Positions 36,642-46,804 of a stretch of DNA of 64,000 nucleotides are shown in pieces. Source of the DNA: Opitutia bacterium. Its GTDB lineage: Bacteria; Verrucomicrobiota; Verrucomicrobiia; Opitutales; Opitutaceae. Under the pieces are notes generated by a model. It searched no databases. It was given only the letters and a program-made list of their open reading frames with translations, and was not told the DNA's origin. Where the stretch lies: NCBI GenBank assembly GCA_947478395.1, contig CANJVR010000001.1, forward strand, positions 640,001 through 704,000. The letters are read 5' to 3'. Both the position numbers and the translations under genes were made by a program. Numbering within the stretch: the first letter of the stretch is position 1; the number at the start of each line of letters is the position of its first letter.

Positions 36642-38993
36642 ATGTTTTTTCCCACGCATTCTTTCCGACGTCTGGTCGTTCTGTTGGGCTGCACGGCGTC
36701 GCTTCTGACCGCACAACCCGCCAGCCGGTCCCGCAACCCGCCCGCCCAGCCCACGCCCGCCAACACGGCACCGACGCTGACTCCGCCGGAGCTAAAACTC
36801 GTCGCCCAATTTGATCGGGACGGCGACCAGCGCCTCGATGCGACGGAGAGGCAGGCCGCCCGCGCTTACCTCGCGCAACATCCCGAACCCCTCCCCGCCC
36901 CGACCGCGAATCGTCCTATCCTCGATGAACCATTCGCCCTCGAACCCAGCCGGCCCGGCGAAAAAATTACGCCCGCGCAAGTCGCAACGTTGGCCGAAAG
37001 GCCGCTCTATGATCCCGCCACGTTGCGCACCGTTTTTCTGGAATTCGATTCCGCCGATTGGGAAGCGCAACTCACCGACTTCGCCCGCACCGATGTGCGC
37101 GTTCCGGCGCGCCTCACCGTGGACGGCCAGAGTTACCCGGCCATCGGCGTGGGCTTTCAACCACTCCCTGCGGGCACGTCTTTTCCCTTAGGCTACAAGC
37201 GAACCCTCTCGCTCGCGTTGGATTTTTCCCGCAGCGAGGCGCGCCTCGGTGGAGAACGCACTTTGCAACTCGAAGACGCGCGCACCGATCCGACCCTCGT
37301 GCGGAGCATACTCTATCGCCAGATCGCCCGCGATTATCTGCCGACGCCGCAGGCCAACTTCGTCCGCGTGGTCATCAATGGCGAATCGTGGGGCATCTAT
37401 GTGAGCACGCAGCCATTCGACGACGAGTTCCTCCGCGAAAACTTCGGCTCGGTCGCCGGTGCGCGCTGGATTGCGTCCGGCCAGGGAAATTTCGCCTACC
37501 TTGGCGACGATCCTGCGCCCTATCGCAATCGCTACCGCATGCTTTCGCGCGACGATCCCGCCGCATGGGCCCGCTTGATCCAGCTTTGCAAAACGCTCGA
37601 CCAAACGCCGCTGTCGGAACTCGAGAACGCGCTAAAGCCGCAGCTCGATGTCGACCGCGCCCTCCGGTTTCTCGCTCTCGAAACCGCCCTCATGAATCAG
37701 GGAGGCTACACCGACGGCGGACGCGGCTACGGTATTTACCTCGATCCCAAAGGGCACTTCCAAGTCATCCCACTCGCCACCGAATCGAGTTTCCAACTGC
37801 ACGCGGCCCATGAGTTCGTCAACGAGCCGCGCGGTCGCCCCGGCCGAAAAACACCTCCGTCGCCCAACGATCCCGCGCCGCCCAAGGCCCCGGCTGAAAT
37901 CCCGGTGCCGCCCAAAGCCACGCCAAATGGAACGCCCGGCGAGTATCCGCGCCAGAGCGGCACCGACCTCGCGCTGCTGCTGAGCTACAGTTTCGTCAAC
38001 AAGGTCGATCGCAACGGCGACCTCACGCTGAGCCGGGAGGAATGGCTGGATTTCGCCCGAGCGTGGTTTCTCGTCATCGACGAGAATTACGCCGGCGAAA
38101 TTACCCTGACCCAATTCACGGCCAGCGTTCGGTATCTGATCGCCCCGCCGTCGATGCGGAATCCGAAGGTCCAACAAACATTTTCCGGCGACGACGCGGC
38201 GGCTCAGATCGCCGGCGATCTTTGGCGCGCGATGGCGCCGCACCGCCGGGAAGACCGCGTGGACCGCGATGAATTCGTCGCGTCGTTCGCCGCGTGGTTC
38301 AGCACATGGAGCGATCCGAAAATTCCCCAGCTCACCCAGCCGGTGCTGCAACGCGCGTTCGAGCGCCTCTTTTCCCGCTCGGTCTTTCAAGCCGATCAAC
38401 TCTACGTCAAGCAAGGCGCTGGCGCGGTGCGCGACGATGCAGGCGGCCCCGAGACCCGCGGCGGGCGGGGTGGCCGCGGCAGCAGCGACGGAGGCGGTGG
38501 CTTCAGTGTCGGCGGAGGACTCTCCGCTCTCGGTGGGCTGGTAGGCTTGGGGCCGGACGGTCTTCGAATCGGTCGCGGCCGCGGTGGTCGCGGTGGCGGC
38601 GGCGCAGATGCGGGTCGCGTGCTCGAGACCTACTACGAACCACTCGATCCCCTCGGTCCGCTGCAGGATCCGGAAAATATTCTCTTCATCAAGCTACTCG
38701 CGGCGCCGTCGTTGCGCGCGCGTTACCTCAGCTACGTTCGCGCGATCGCGGACCAGTGGCTCACATGGCAACGCCTCGGCCCAATTGCGAAAGCAGCGCA
38801 GGCGATCGTCACCGAAGACGTGAAACGCGAGACCCACACTCCGAACAGCTACATCCGCTTTGTGCAGAATCTGGATCAGGATACGTCCCCGGGAAACGGG
38901 TTGAAACGTGACTCCACCGAAGCGCCGAACTTGAAAGCGTTCATCGAGGAACGCCGCGTTTACCTGCAACAGCATACAGCGCCGAATGGGTGA
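36642..38993 (+). CDS. CotH-kinase-like exported protein with EF-hand loops and Gly/Arg-rich insert, degenerate active site
   Basis: Signal peptide, LYDPATLRTVFLEF, ANFVRVVINGESWGIY, LDVDRALRFLA, EF-like DRDGDQRLDATE and DRNGDLTLSREE. Confidence 0.75.
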   Translation: MFFPTHSFRRLVVLLGCTASLLTAQPASRSRNPPAQPTPANTAPTLTPPELKLVAQFDRDGDQRLDATERQAARAYLAQHPEPLPAPTANRPILDEPFALEPSRPGEKITPAQVATLAERPLYDPATLRTVFLEFDSADWEAQLTDFARTDVRVPARLTVDGQSYPAIGVGFQPLPAGTSFPLGYKRTLSLALDFSRSEARLGGERTLQLEDARTDPTLVRSILYRQIARDYLPTPQANFVRVVINGESWGIYVSTQPFDDEFLRENFGSVAGARWIASGQGNFAYLGDDPAPYRNRYRMLSRDDPAAWARLIQLCKTLDQTPLSELENALKPQLDVDRALRFLALETALMNQGGYTDGGRGYGIYLDPKGHFQVIPLATESSFQLHAAHEFVNEPRGRPGRKTPPSPNDPAPPKAPAEIPVPPKATPNGTPGEYPRQSGTDLALLLSYSFVNKVDRNGDLTLSREEWLDFARAWFLVIDENYAGEITLTQFTASVRYLIAPPSMRNPKVQQTFSGDDAAAQIAGDLWRAMAPHRREDRVDRDEFVASFAAWFSTWSDPKIPQLTQPVLQRAFERLFSRSVFQADQLYVKQGAGAVRDDAGGPETRGGRGGRGSSDGGGGFSVGGGLSALGGLVGLGPDGLRIGRGRGGRGGGGADAGRVLETYYEPLDPLGPLQDPENILFIKLLAAPSLRARYLSYVRAIADQWLTWQRLGPIAKAAQAIVTEDVKRETHTPNSYIRFVQNLDQDTSPGNGLKRDSTEAPNLKAFIEERRVYLQQHTAPNG

Positions 38994-39118
38994 AGCGCGC
39001 TTTCGCGCTATCTCAGATTGGAAACTCGAGATCGCCGATTTCAGATTCAGCGGTCGCGGAGCTGACCGCGGACGCTGGGCCGGCCAAGCGATCGGCCCTT
39101 CATCCCGCGCAACCGCCC

Positions 39119-40243
39119 CTAACTCCGCGCCTCGAACGCACCATCCACACGTTTCGCCACGGCGCGTTTCAACTCCAGCATCATCAGCACCGCCGAGATT
39201 TGCGCCGCCGTCAGTCCGGTCTGTTCCGCCAGCGCATCCGGCGTGAGCAACGCCCCGCCCGCAAAACACGCGAACACCTTCGCCTCATCCGCCGTGAGAT
39301 TGGCCGGCGTTCCCTCCGGCGTGCCGGGTTTTGCGGGGATCGGGGACGGGCGTAATCCATCGAGGTAGTTCAACTCGCCCAACACATCGTCCACGCTCGT
39401 CAGCAAAGTCGCCCCGTCGCGGATCAACTGATGGCACCCAGCACTCGTCGATTGATCGATCCGACCCGGGACCGCGAAAAGCAACCGCCCCTGCTCGCCC
39501 GCAAAGCGCGCCGTGATCATCGCGCCGCCATCGACATCGCTCTCGACCACGATCGTCGCTTCGCACATGCCCGCAACAATGCGGTTGCGCATGGCAAACG
39601 ACTGACGGTCGGCGCGCCGCCCAAACGGAAATTCCGACAAAACCGCGCCGCTCTCCTCGATCTTTCTATACAGCTGCAAATTTTCGGGCGGATAAACGAG
39701 GTCGATGCCGTTACCCAACACCGCCGCGGTTTTTCCACCCACCGAAAGCGCGCCCTCATGCGCCGCGGTGTCGATGCCGCGCGCCAATCCACTGACGACG
39801 CAAAACCCCAGTCTCGCCAGTTCCGCGCCGAGTTTCTTCGCCGTGGCCTGACCATACAAAGTCGTCCGCCGCGAGCCGATGATCGCGATGCAGGGCTGAG
39901 AAAAATCATAGTGCCCTTTGCGATAAAGCGTGATCGGCGGGTCCGAAATTTCGCGCAGCAATTTCGGATAGGCGGGATCGCGGCCGGTGAGAAAATCCGC
40001 CCCGCTCTGCGCGAGCCGGGCTTCTTCTCGCGCCAGATCGAAGTGCTCCCGCCATCCCGCCAACGTCGCGCTGATGACCGAGCCGACTCCCTTCACGCCT
40101 TCGAGCCGACGGCGCTCCGTGCGAAATATTTCCCGAGGATCGCCGCCGAGTTCATCGAGTAGCCGGTTGAGCGTGATCGGCCCGATGTTCGGCAGCGCAT
40201 TTAAGACCAAAAATGCCTGCCGCTCGGTTAACTCATCGCTCAT
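39119..40243 (-). CDS. dprA: DNA-processing protein DprA
   Basis: IAIIGSR, VVSGLARGIDTAAH, RNRIVAG, AVPGRID, C-terminal winged helix; ATG overlaps the upstream TGA. Confidence 0.95.
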   Translation of the reverse strand: MSDELTERQAFLVLNALPNIGPITLNRLLDELGGDPREIFRTERRRLEGVKGVGSVISATLAGWREHFDLAREEARLAQSGADFLTGRDPAYPKLLREISDPPITLYRKGHYDFSQPCIAIIGSRRTTLYGQATAKKLGAELARLGFCVVSGLARGIDTAAHEGALSVGGKTAAVLGNGIDLVYPPENLQLYRKIEESGAVLSEFPFGRRADRQSFAMRNRIVAGMCEATIVVESDVDGGAMITARFAGEQGRLLFAVPGRIDQSTSAGCHQLIRDGATLLTSVDDVLGELNYLDGLRPSPIPAKPGTPEGTPANLTADEAKVFACFAGGALLTPDALAEQTGLTAAQISAVLMMLELKRAVAKRVDGAFEARS

Positions 40244-41736
40244 GCCGGCGACTCTCGTAGTGCGTCCGGCAAAAAGTCCAGCAGCTGCGTCGTCATCACC
40301 GCCGTTTGCCCGTGCGCCCGGGCCAGCGCATCTGCCGCGCGCCCATGCCACTCTACGCCACGACTCGCCGCGAGCAGCGGATCCGACGGCGTCTGAGCGA
40401 GCAATCCGCCGACTAAACCCGCCAGCAAATCGCCGCTGCCGCCGCGCGCCAGCACCGGCCCTCCCGCCAGGCTGTGGTAAGTTTCTTGGCCTGCACGGAT
40501 CCGCGTGATCGGGCCCTTCAGTACGACGGTCGCGCCTGTACTAGCGGCAAATTCTTGCAAGGTCGCCCCGGCCGCGATCCGCGCGAATTCGCCGGCGTGC
40601 GGCGTAAGCACCCGCGGCGCCCCGCCCGCGCGCACGATCTCGGGTTGCAACGCATCAGCGTCGATGACGAGCGGAACGGGTGACGTCGTCACCATCGCTT
40701 TGACCAGCGCGCGGGTCTCAGCTTCGCACCCGAGACCCGGTCCGATCACGAGCGCGCTGGCCCGCGCGATGCGCTCGTTCCATAAATGTTGTCCCTCAAG
40801 CGCGAGACCGCCGCCCGGTGTTTCCGGCCAGCCGACCCACATGGCCTCCGGCGCGCGGGCGGCAAACGCCGGCACGAGAAACTCCGGGACAAACGCCGTC
40901 ACCAAACCCGCGCCGCTGCGCAGCGCGGAGAGCACCGACATCAGCACCGCGCCCGGATAATTTATCGAACCGCCTACGATAAAAACGTGGCCGTGCGTCC
41001 GCTTGTCGGACCGTGAAGCCCGCAACGCCGCCAGCGGACCGAGCAGCGCGGGCGTGAGCACGCGATCGAGCGCGGGAACGTTTTTCTCCTCAAAAAATCC
41101 GAGATCGAGATAGCGCAGGCGACCGGCGTTCGCGCAGTCGAGCACCGGTGATTTCACGATGCCGGTGGCGTAGGTGAAATCGGCGCGAAACGCGTCCGGC
41201 GCATCGAGTCCGCTCGGCAAATCCACGGCGGCACGCAGACGGACGGGCAAAGCGTTGGCGCGCCGCAAAACTTCCGAGGAGCGCGCGTCGAGCGGCGGGC
41301 GAAATTGAAAACCGAAAACTCCGTCGAGACTGAGATCGTAGCGTGGGAGGGCAGCCGCGCCTCCACGATTCACCCGTTCGCGTCCAAAATGAACGAGGTC
41401 CCGCCACGCCCGGCGCGCGAGCGGTCGCAGCGCACGTTCACCGAAAACAAATTCCACGTCGGCGGTGGCGGCGGGGAATTTTTCGAGGATCGCGCGGGTC
41501 GCGAGCAAGGCATCGCCGCCGTTATGGCCCTTGCCGACTAGCACCAGCACGCGCGCCTCGGACGGAAACCGGCCGATTTCCTGGAAATCCTGCAGCACGG
41601 CCCCCGCGAGCGCGCGGCCGGCTTGCTGCATGGCGGTCCACTCGAAGGCTTCGTTGGCGCCAAACCGTTTCAGCTCGAAGGCGCCAGCTTCGGCGCACGA
41701 CAGGATCGGATGACTCGCGGACAGCGAAATGCTCAC
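40240..41736 (-). CDS. nnr: Bifunctional NAD(P)HX epimerase/dehydratase
   Basis: GKGHNGGD, AVDLPSG, GPGLG, IDADAL, TPHAGEF, GGSGDLLAG; GTG start overlaps the upstream stop. Confidence 0.9.
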   Translation of the reverse strand: MSISLSASHPILSCAEAGAFELKRFGANEAFEWTAMQQAGRALAGAVLQDFQEIGRFPSEARVLVLVGKGHNGGDALLATRAILEKFPAATADVEFVFGERALRPLARRAWRDLVHFGRERVNRGGAAALPRYDLSLDGVFGFQFRPPLDARSSEVLRRANALPVRLRAAVDLPSGLDAPDAFRADFTYATGIVKSPVLDCANAGRLRYLDLGFFEEKNVPALDRVLTPALLGPLAALRASRSDKRTHGHVFIVGGSINYPGAVLMSVLSALRSGAGLVTAFVPEFLVPAFAARAPEAMWVGWPETPGGGLALEGQHLWNERIARASALVIGPGLGCEAETRALVKAMVTTSPVPLVIDADALQPEIVRAGGAPRVLTPHAGEFARIAAGATLQEFAASTGATVVLKGPITRIRAGQETYHSLAGGPVLARGGSGDLLAGLVGGLLAQTPSDPLLAASRGVEWHGRAADALARAHGQTAVMTTQLLDFLPDALRESPA

Positions 41737-42287
41737 TTCGGATCGACCGGCGGCTTCGCGCCCGGTGCGGGAATATTTTTCTGCGCCGCTTCGGCGAGCG
41801 CGCGGAAGGTGAGTTGATTGCGCTCCTTCAGCCACTCGTCACGCCGAGCCTGAGTCTCGGTGAATTGAAACGGCGCATTGGGTTTCACGTCGTGGGTGAG
41901 CACCGGACGCGTCAGTCGAGGAATCGAGCGAAAGTAGAAACTCCCTCCCGAGCGCATCACCTCATAAAAATCGGAGTAACTCTTATTGTCGCCGTTCCAC
42001 ATCGCGACCTCGGTGATGTCGTTCGCCCATATCGCGGAGTCGCTCCATTCGGCGAACACGTTTTCGACCAGTGAGAGACGGGCCAGTGTCAGGGGTGGCG
42101 CCGCGGGCGGCGGAACGGGAGGGAGGAGTGGAGCGGCGGGCGGCGCGGGATGGGGCAACGCGAGCACGAACAACGCGCCCAGCACGAAGCCGAGCATCGC
42201 CCAAGAAGGTGCCATCGAAGGTTTCGCCCGCCGCAAGGGGCGCGCGTTTTCGTCCGGCACGTTTTCATCGCTCACGTCGTCACTCAT
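41733..42287 (-). CDS. Hypothetical membrane-anchored protein
   Basis: One TM segment (WAMLGFVLGALFVLAL), Pro-rich linker, translationally coupled between acpS and nnr. Confidence 0.75.
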   Translation of the reverse strand: MSDDVSDENVPDENARPLRRAKPSMAPSWAMLGFVLGALFVLALPHPAPPAAPLLPPVPPPAAPPLTLARLSLVENVFAEWSDSAIWANDITEVAMWNGDNKSYSDFYEVMRSGGSFYFRSIPRLTRPVLTHDVKPNAPFQFTETQARRDEWLKERNQLTFRALAEAAQKNIPAPGAKPPVDPK

Positions 42288-42296
42288 CGGGAAACG

Positions 42297-42716
42297 TTAG
42301 GCCGGAACTCCGTGCTTTACCAGTGCGGCCACGGCCATCGCGGCCGTGTCGGTGTGCGAGAGACTGACGAGAACGTGCGTGGCGCCGATGTGCGCGAGCA
42401 GGGCCTGCGCTTTTTCGTCAAGGCGCACGAGCGGCTCGGCTCGCTCACCGTGGTAGATCGACATGGACTTCCAACCTAGTTCGGCGCCGATACCGGTGGT
42501 GAACGTTTTCGAAATGGCCTCTTTGGCCGCCCAACGCGCTGCGTAGTGCTGATACGGATGGGGTTTCCCAGCGCAGTAGGCGCGTTCCTCGGCGGTAAAG
42601 ATACGATCGAGGAAACGTTCGCCGTGCCGCTCGAGCACCTCGCGAATGCGGTTCACCTCGACGATGTCGCATCCGAGACCGAGCAAAATGCCGCCGGGAG
42701 GGAGAGAAAGGTTCAT
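42297..42716 (-). CDS. acpS: Holo-ACP synthase
   Basis: GLGCDIVE, RIFTAEE, ARWAAKEAISK, VSLSHT. Confidence 0.95.
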   Translation of the reverse strand: MNLSLPPGGILLGLGCDIVEVNRIREVLERHGERFLDRIFTAEERAYCAGKPHPYQHYAARWAAKEAISKTFTTGIGAELGWKSMSIYHGERAEPLVRLDEKAQALLAHIGATHVLVSLSHTDTAAMAVAALVKHGVPA

Positions 42717-42835
42717 CGATGAGAGCGACGAGTAGTGAGTAGCGAGTAGCGGACAGAAATCCAGCAAGGATCGCGCCCGCCAAGGTGGAGACGGTGCCTC
42801 CGCTCCCCGAGGTCGCAATGCCACCCTGAACGCCC

Positions 42836-42971
42836 GAGCGGATTAAATTTTCCCGTGGCCGTTGCGGGTAGCGGCCGTCGTCTCTGCCAGCCGGGTTCGG
42901 CCTCCTCGTTTCGGCCGGCATGGACACCTGCCGCGGCCTGGTTAGCCGCTACGCTTTTGGTTGAACCCTAC
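42836..42971 (-). mobile_element. MITE-like family 1, copy F (136 bp)
   Basis: Begins in the pdxJ TAG stop: TA|GTAGGGTTCAACCAAAAGCGTAGCGGCTAAC...GCCGCTACCCGCAACGGCCACGGGAAAATTTAATCCGCTC. Confidence 0.78.
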
Positions 42972-43714
42972 TAGCCGTTCATCCGAGCCCGCATTTCCCG
43001 CACCGCTTCCTCGATGCCGGTGAATAGGGCGCGACTGATGATGCTGTGGCCGATGTTGAGCTCGTGTAAATGGGGCAGCGTTCGCACCTCGGAAATGTTC
43101 ACGTAATTGATCCCGTGGCCGGCATTGACCACCAGGCCGCGGTCGTGCGCGTGAACGCAACCGAGCCGGAGACGCTGGAATTCCGCCGCGCGCTGGGACC
43201 CGTAGTACGCGTTGGCGTAGGCTCCGGTATGAAGTTCGACCCACGGCGCGCGTACCGCCGCGGATGCCTCGATGGCGGCTTCATCGGGATCGATGAACAA
43301 ACTCGTCACGATGCCGGCGGCCGTCATCGCGTCGACGCAGGCTCGAATTTTTTCCTTCTGCCCCACCACGTTGAGCCCGCCCTCGGTCGTGACCTCTTCA
43401 CGACTTTCGGGCACCAGGCAAACGGAGTCGGGTTTCAACTTCAGGGCGAAGTCGATCATCCAGGGCGTGCAGGCCATTTCCAAATTCAGCCGGGTAGAAA
43501 TCGTTTCGCGCGTGCGCCAGACATCGCGCTCCTGAATGTGGCGCCGGTCCTCGCGCAGATGAATCGTGATCCCATCGGCGCCCGCGCGTGCGCAGAGCAC
43601 GGCGAGAGCGACAGGATCGGGCTCGACCGCTTGGGCGACCGTCGCCGGAGCCTCGCGATAACGCGCCTGCCGTACGGTGGCACAATGGTCGATGTTGACG
43701 CCGAGAAGAAGCAT
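42971..43714 (-). CDS. pdxJ: Pyridoxine 5'-phosphate synthase
   Basis: [40 protein letters not shown]. Confidence 0.97.
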   Translation of the reverse strand: MLLLGVNIDHCATVRQARYREAPATVAQAVEPDPVALAVLCARAGADGITIHLREDRRHIQERDVWRTRETISTRLNLEMACTPWMIDFALKLKPDSVCLVPESREEVTTEGGLNVVGQKEKIRACVDAMTAAGIVTSLFIDPDEAAIEASAAVRAPWVELHTGAYANAYYGSQRAAEFQRLRLGCVHAHDRGLVVNAGHGINYVNISEVRTLPHLHELNIGHSIISRALFTGIEEAVREMRARMNG

Positions 43715-44174
43715 GGTGGAGGGAGAATAGACGGCAGAGGCCATAAATGGGCAGGATGAAATCCGATCCCACCGCCACCCACCAGCAGCAGAATCGCCAC
43801 CGGTCTCAATGGATCGGCGGCGACTTTTCGCGAACGGCGTTCAAATCGAACGCCGGCCGTGCGCCGCACGACGGTTACGGCTGTTCGTAGATTTCAATCA
43901 GGCCCGCAATGGAGCTGGGACGTGGTGCCGCCGGTGGTGGCGAGATGGGGCAGAGCCGTAAACGGCGCCGGACTGACGGTCTGAGCCGACACGCTGAGTA
44001 CGGTCAGGCCCACGCCTAGCGCTCGAAATGAAAACAGCCGAAGACGGCTACTTTTGCTGCGCAGAAGAAACGGGATCGATGGCGCTTTTCGCCCGGGAGC
44101 GGCCAAGGCGAGGATTGTTAAATGCCGCGATTTAATTTCCGCTCTGACCCAATTACCGATAAATTCCTGATAAC

Positions 44175-44891
44175 ATGGCGCCTGCCAAAACCAAACCAGA
44201 GAACCTGATCGTCAATATTGTGTGCAATATTGTGGTGCCGACATTGGTGCTGCAAAAATTGAGCGGAGATAACCGGCTCGGGCCGCTCTTGGCGCTGGTG
44301 GTAGCGCTGATATTCCCCTTGGGCTACGGCGCATACGATTTTTTGCGGCGGCGCCGGACCAATTTTATTTCGGTGGTCGGTCTCCTGAGCGTGTTGCTGA
44401 CCGGCGGACTCGGTTTGATGAAACTCGATGGCTTTTGGTTCGCGGTCAAAGACGGCGCCCTGCCCGCCCTCATCGGCATCGCCGTCCTGGCATCGATGAA
44501 AGCCAAGGAGCCGGTGGTTCACGAGTTGATCTACAACCCGCAGGTCATCGACGTGGATCGCGTCGACGCCGCGCTCCGCGCCCGGGGTGCCCAGGCGGCC
44601 TTTGCCGAACTCATGCGGAAATCGAGCTATCTGATCGCAGCCGCGATGCTCATCAGCGGCGCGCTTAATTTCAGTTTCGCCCGGTTGATCATCCGGAGCG
44701 CTCCCGGCACTGAGGCGTTCAACCAGGAACTGGCCAAGATGCACTGGGTCAGTCTGCTGGGGCTGTCGCTGCCCTCGATGGCGATGATGATGTATGCGCT
44801 CTGGAAATTGCTGAAGGGACTCGAAGGCCTGAGTGGTTTGACGATGGATGAGATTCTCCGTCAGCCCCCCGAGAAGAAACCCGCCGCCTAA
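44175..44891 (+). CDS. VC0807-like integral membrane protein
   Basis: ENLIVNIVCNIVVP, ALIFPLGYG, WFAVKDGALP, FNQELAKM; several TM helices. Confidence 0.75.
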   Translation: MAPAKTKPENLIVNIVCNIVVPTLVLQKLSGDNRLGPLLALVVALIFPLGYGAYDFLRRRRTNFISVVGLLSVLLTGGLGLMKLDGFWFAVKDGALPALIGIAVLASMKAKEPVVHELIYNPQVIDVDRVDAALRARGAQAAFAELMRKSSYLIAAAMLISGALNFSFARLIIRSAPGTEAFNQELAKMHWVSLLGLSLPSMAMMMYALWKLLKGLEGLSGLTMDEILRQPPEKKPAA

Positions 44892-45025
44892 GCAGTTTCA
44901 CCCAAAGTGTCACCGCCAACGCCGTAGCAGCAGGCGTCCCTGCCGGCCGAAAAGAGGGCGCCGAACCCGGCAGGCCGAGACGCCTGCCGCGACCCAAAAC
45001 GGCCAAGGAAAAACTCAAACCGCCC
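44891..45025 (+). mobile_element. MITE-like family 1, copy G
   Basis: Begins in the TAA stop: TA|AGCAGTTTCACCCAAAGTG...GTAGCAGCAGGCGTCCCTGCCGGCCG...CGGCAGGCCGAGACGCCTGCCGCGAC...GGAAAAACTCAAACCGCCC. Confidence 0.78.
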
Positions 45026-45066
45026 CAGCTAAATCGAGCCGCGACGCGACCTCAGTCGCTCCGCCC

Positions 45067-46365
45067 TCAAGCCCGCTGTCCGATCGGCAAGTATTCCCGT
45101 TTCACCGGACCAGCATAGATCTGGCGCGGCCGATAAATACGACCTTTCGGATTCGCGGCGACTTCGCGCCAGTTTGCGATCCAGCCCGGGGAGCGGCCAA
45201 TGGCGAAAATAACCGTGAACATGTTCACCGGAATTCCGAGTGCGCGCATAATGATGCCGCTGTAGAAATCGACGTTCGGGTAAAGTTTGCGGGCGAGAAA
45301 ATACTCATCCTTCAATGCCGCCTGCTCGAGGTTTTTGGCGATCGCGAGCAGCGGGTCGTTGATCCCGAGTTTAGCGAGGACATCATCACAGGCCTTGCCG
45401 ATGATCTTCGCGCGGGGATCGAAGTTCTTGTAGACCGCGTGGCCGAAGCCCATCAAGCGGTTCGATTTGCTGCCCGATTTCGCCGCCGCGATGAAGCGCG
45501 TGCCATCGTCGCCTTCGGCATGGATGGACTCGAGCATTTGCATGACGGCCGTGTTCGCCCCGCCATGCAGCGGGCCGGAGAGCGCACAGATGCCGGCCGA
45601 GAGCGAAGTAAACAAATTGGCCGCACTGGAGCCGACCATGCGCACCGTCGACGTCGAGCAATTCTGCTCGTGATCGGCGTGGAGCAGAAGGAGGAGATTG
45701 AGCGCCTTCGCGATCTCCGGCTCCGCCACGTAATCTTTGTACGGCTCCGAAAACATCATGTGCAGGAAGTTTTCGCAGAACGGCAGCTCCTGCTTCGGAA
45801 AAATATAAGGCAGGCCTTTTTGGTAGCGATAGATCATCGCCCCAATGGTGCGGATTTTCGAGATCGCCATCGCCGCGGCCAGGTCGAAATTATTCAAGTC
45901 TTTCTCAAAACTGTTCGTCGCGAGATGCGGGTAGTGGGCGGCGAGTGAGGCGACGATCGAGGATAACATCGCCATCGGCGGCGCGTCTTTGGGAAAGCCC
46001 TCAAAAATCCGCTGCATCTGCGTTTCGACCGCGGCATTCTGCCGCAGCCGCAGCCCGAATTCCTTGCGTTGAGCCGCATTCGGCAGTTCGCCGTAAATGA
46101 CCAAGTACGCCGTCTCGACGTAATCGCTCTGCGCCGCCAGCTGCTCGATCGGATAACCGCGATGACGCAGGATGCCGCTTTCGCCGTCGAGATAAGTGAT
46201 CTGACTTTCGCACGAGCCGGTGTTGCCGTAGCCTTGGTCGTAAGCGATGTAGCCCGAGGCCGTGCGCAGCGCGCGGGTATCGACCGCCCTCTCACCCTCG
46301 GTGCCGACGATCACGGGTAGGGGGTATTCTTTATCGTCGATTTTCAGCGAGGCATTGGTGGCCAT
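45067..46365 (-). CDS. gltA: Citrate synthase
   Basis: [57 protein letters not shown]. Confidence 0.97.
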   Translation of the reverse strand: MATNASLKIDDKEYPLPVIVGTEGERAVDTRALRTASGYIAYDQGYGNTGSCESQITYLDGESGILRHRGYPIEQLAAQSDYVETAYLVIYGELPNAAQRKEFGLRLRQNAAVETQMQRIFEGFPKDAPPMAMLSSIVASLAAHYPHLATNSFEKDLNNFDLAAAMAISKIRTIGAMIYRYQKGLPYIFPKQELPFCENFLHMMFSEPYKDYVAEPEIAKALNLLLLLHADHEQNCSTSTVRMVGSSAANLFTSLSAGICALSGPLHGGANTAVMQMLESIHAEGDDGTRFIAAAKSGSKSNRLMGFGHAVYKNFDPRAKIIGKACDDVLAKLGINDPLLAIAKNLEQAALKDEYFLARKLYPNVDFYSGIIMRALGIPVNMFTVIFAIGRSPGWIANWREVAANPKGRIYRPRQIYAGPVKREYLPIGQRA

Positions 46366-46461
46366 TTCCGCCGAGGGAAACTAAAACCAGACGGCTTGCA
46401 AAACAAAGATCGTCCACGCCCGTACGGCCGCCCGGAAATAAGGTCAGGCCTCGGCTGCTAT

Positions 46462-46482
46462 AAAAAAACCGCGAGGCGGTTT
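46462..46482 (-). terminator. Intrinsic terminator-like hairpin between hisH and gltA
   Basis: AAAAAAACCGC-GAG-GCGGTTT on +, giving a hairpin plus U-tract on the minus strand. Confidence 0.55.
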
Positions 46483-46804
46483 CAGACCGCAATCCTTCGG
46501 CTCAGCTTGCGCGTGGAAGTAAAACAAAAGGAGAACCGCTGATCGGATTTTCCCAACGGGAAAAATCTTTGACCGGCGGCTTCCGCTGATCGGCCGGCGT
46601 ATCGAGCCCGTGGCGTCCGCCCGTCGCAGTCGATTTTACCCAGGCTAAAATCGACCAAGATCACCCGCCGCGCTCATTAGATCCGAAGGCGATGAGCCGC
46701 AGAGATTTTGTCGGCTCGCCCATTGGCGAATCCCATTAGCGTTTCAATTTCCCCAGGTGTATTTCGGAATCAAACCCTGGCTGCTACCGCGCCCCGAGAT
46801 AAAT

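Noticed and set aside
9259..45025. Repeats considered as a CRISPR array
   Set aside because: Copies are dispersed kilobases apart with no repeat-spacer periodicity and no cas genes
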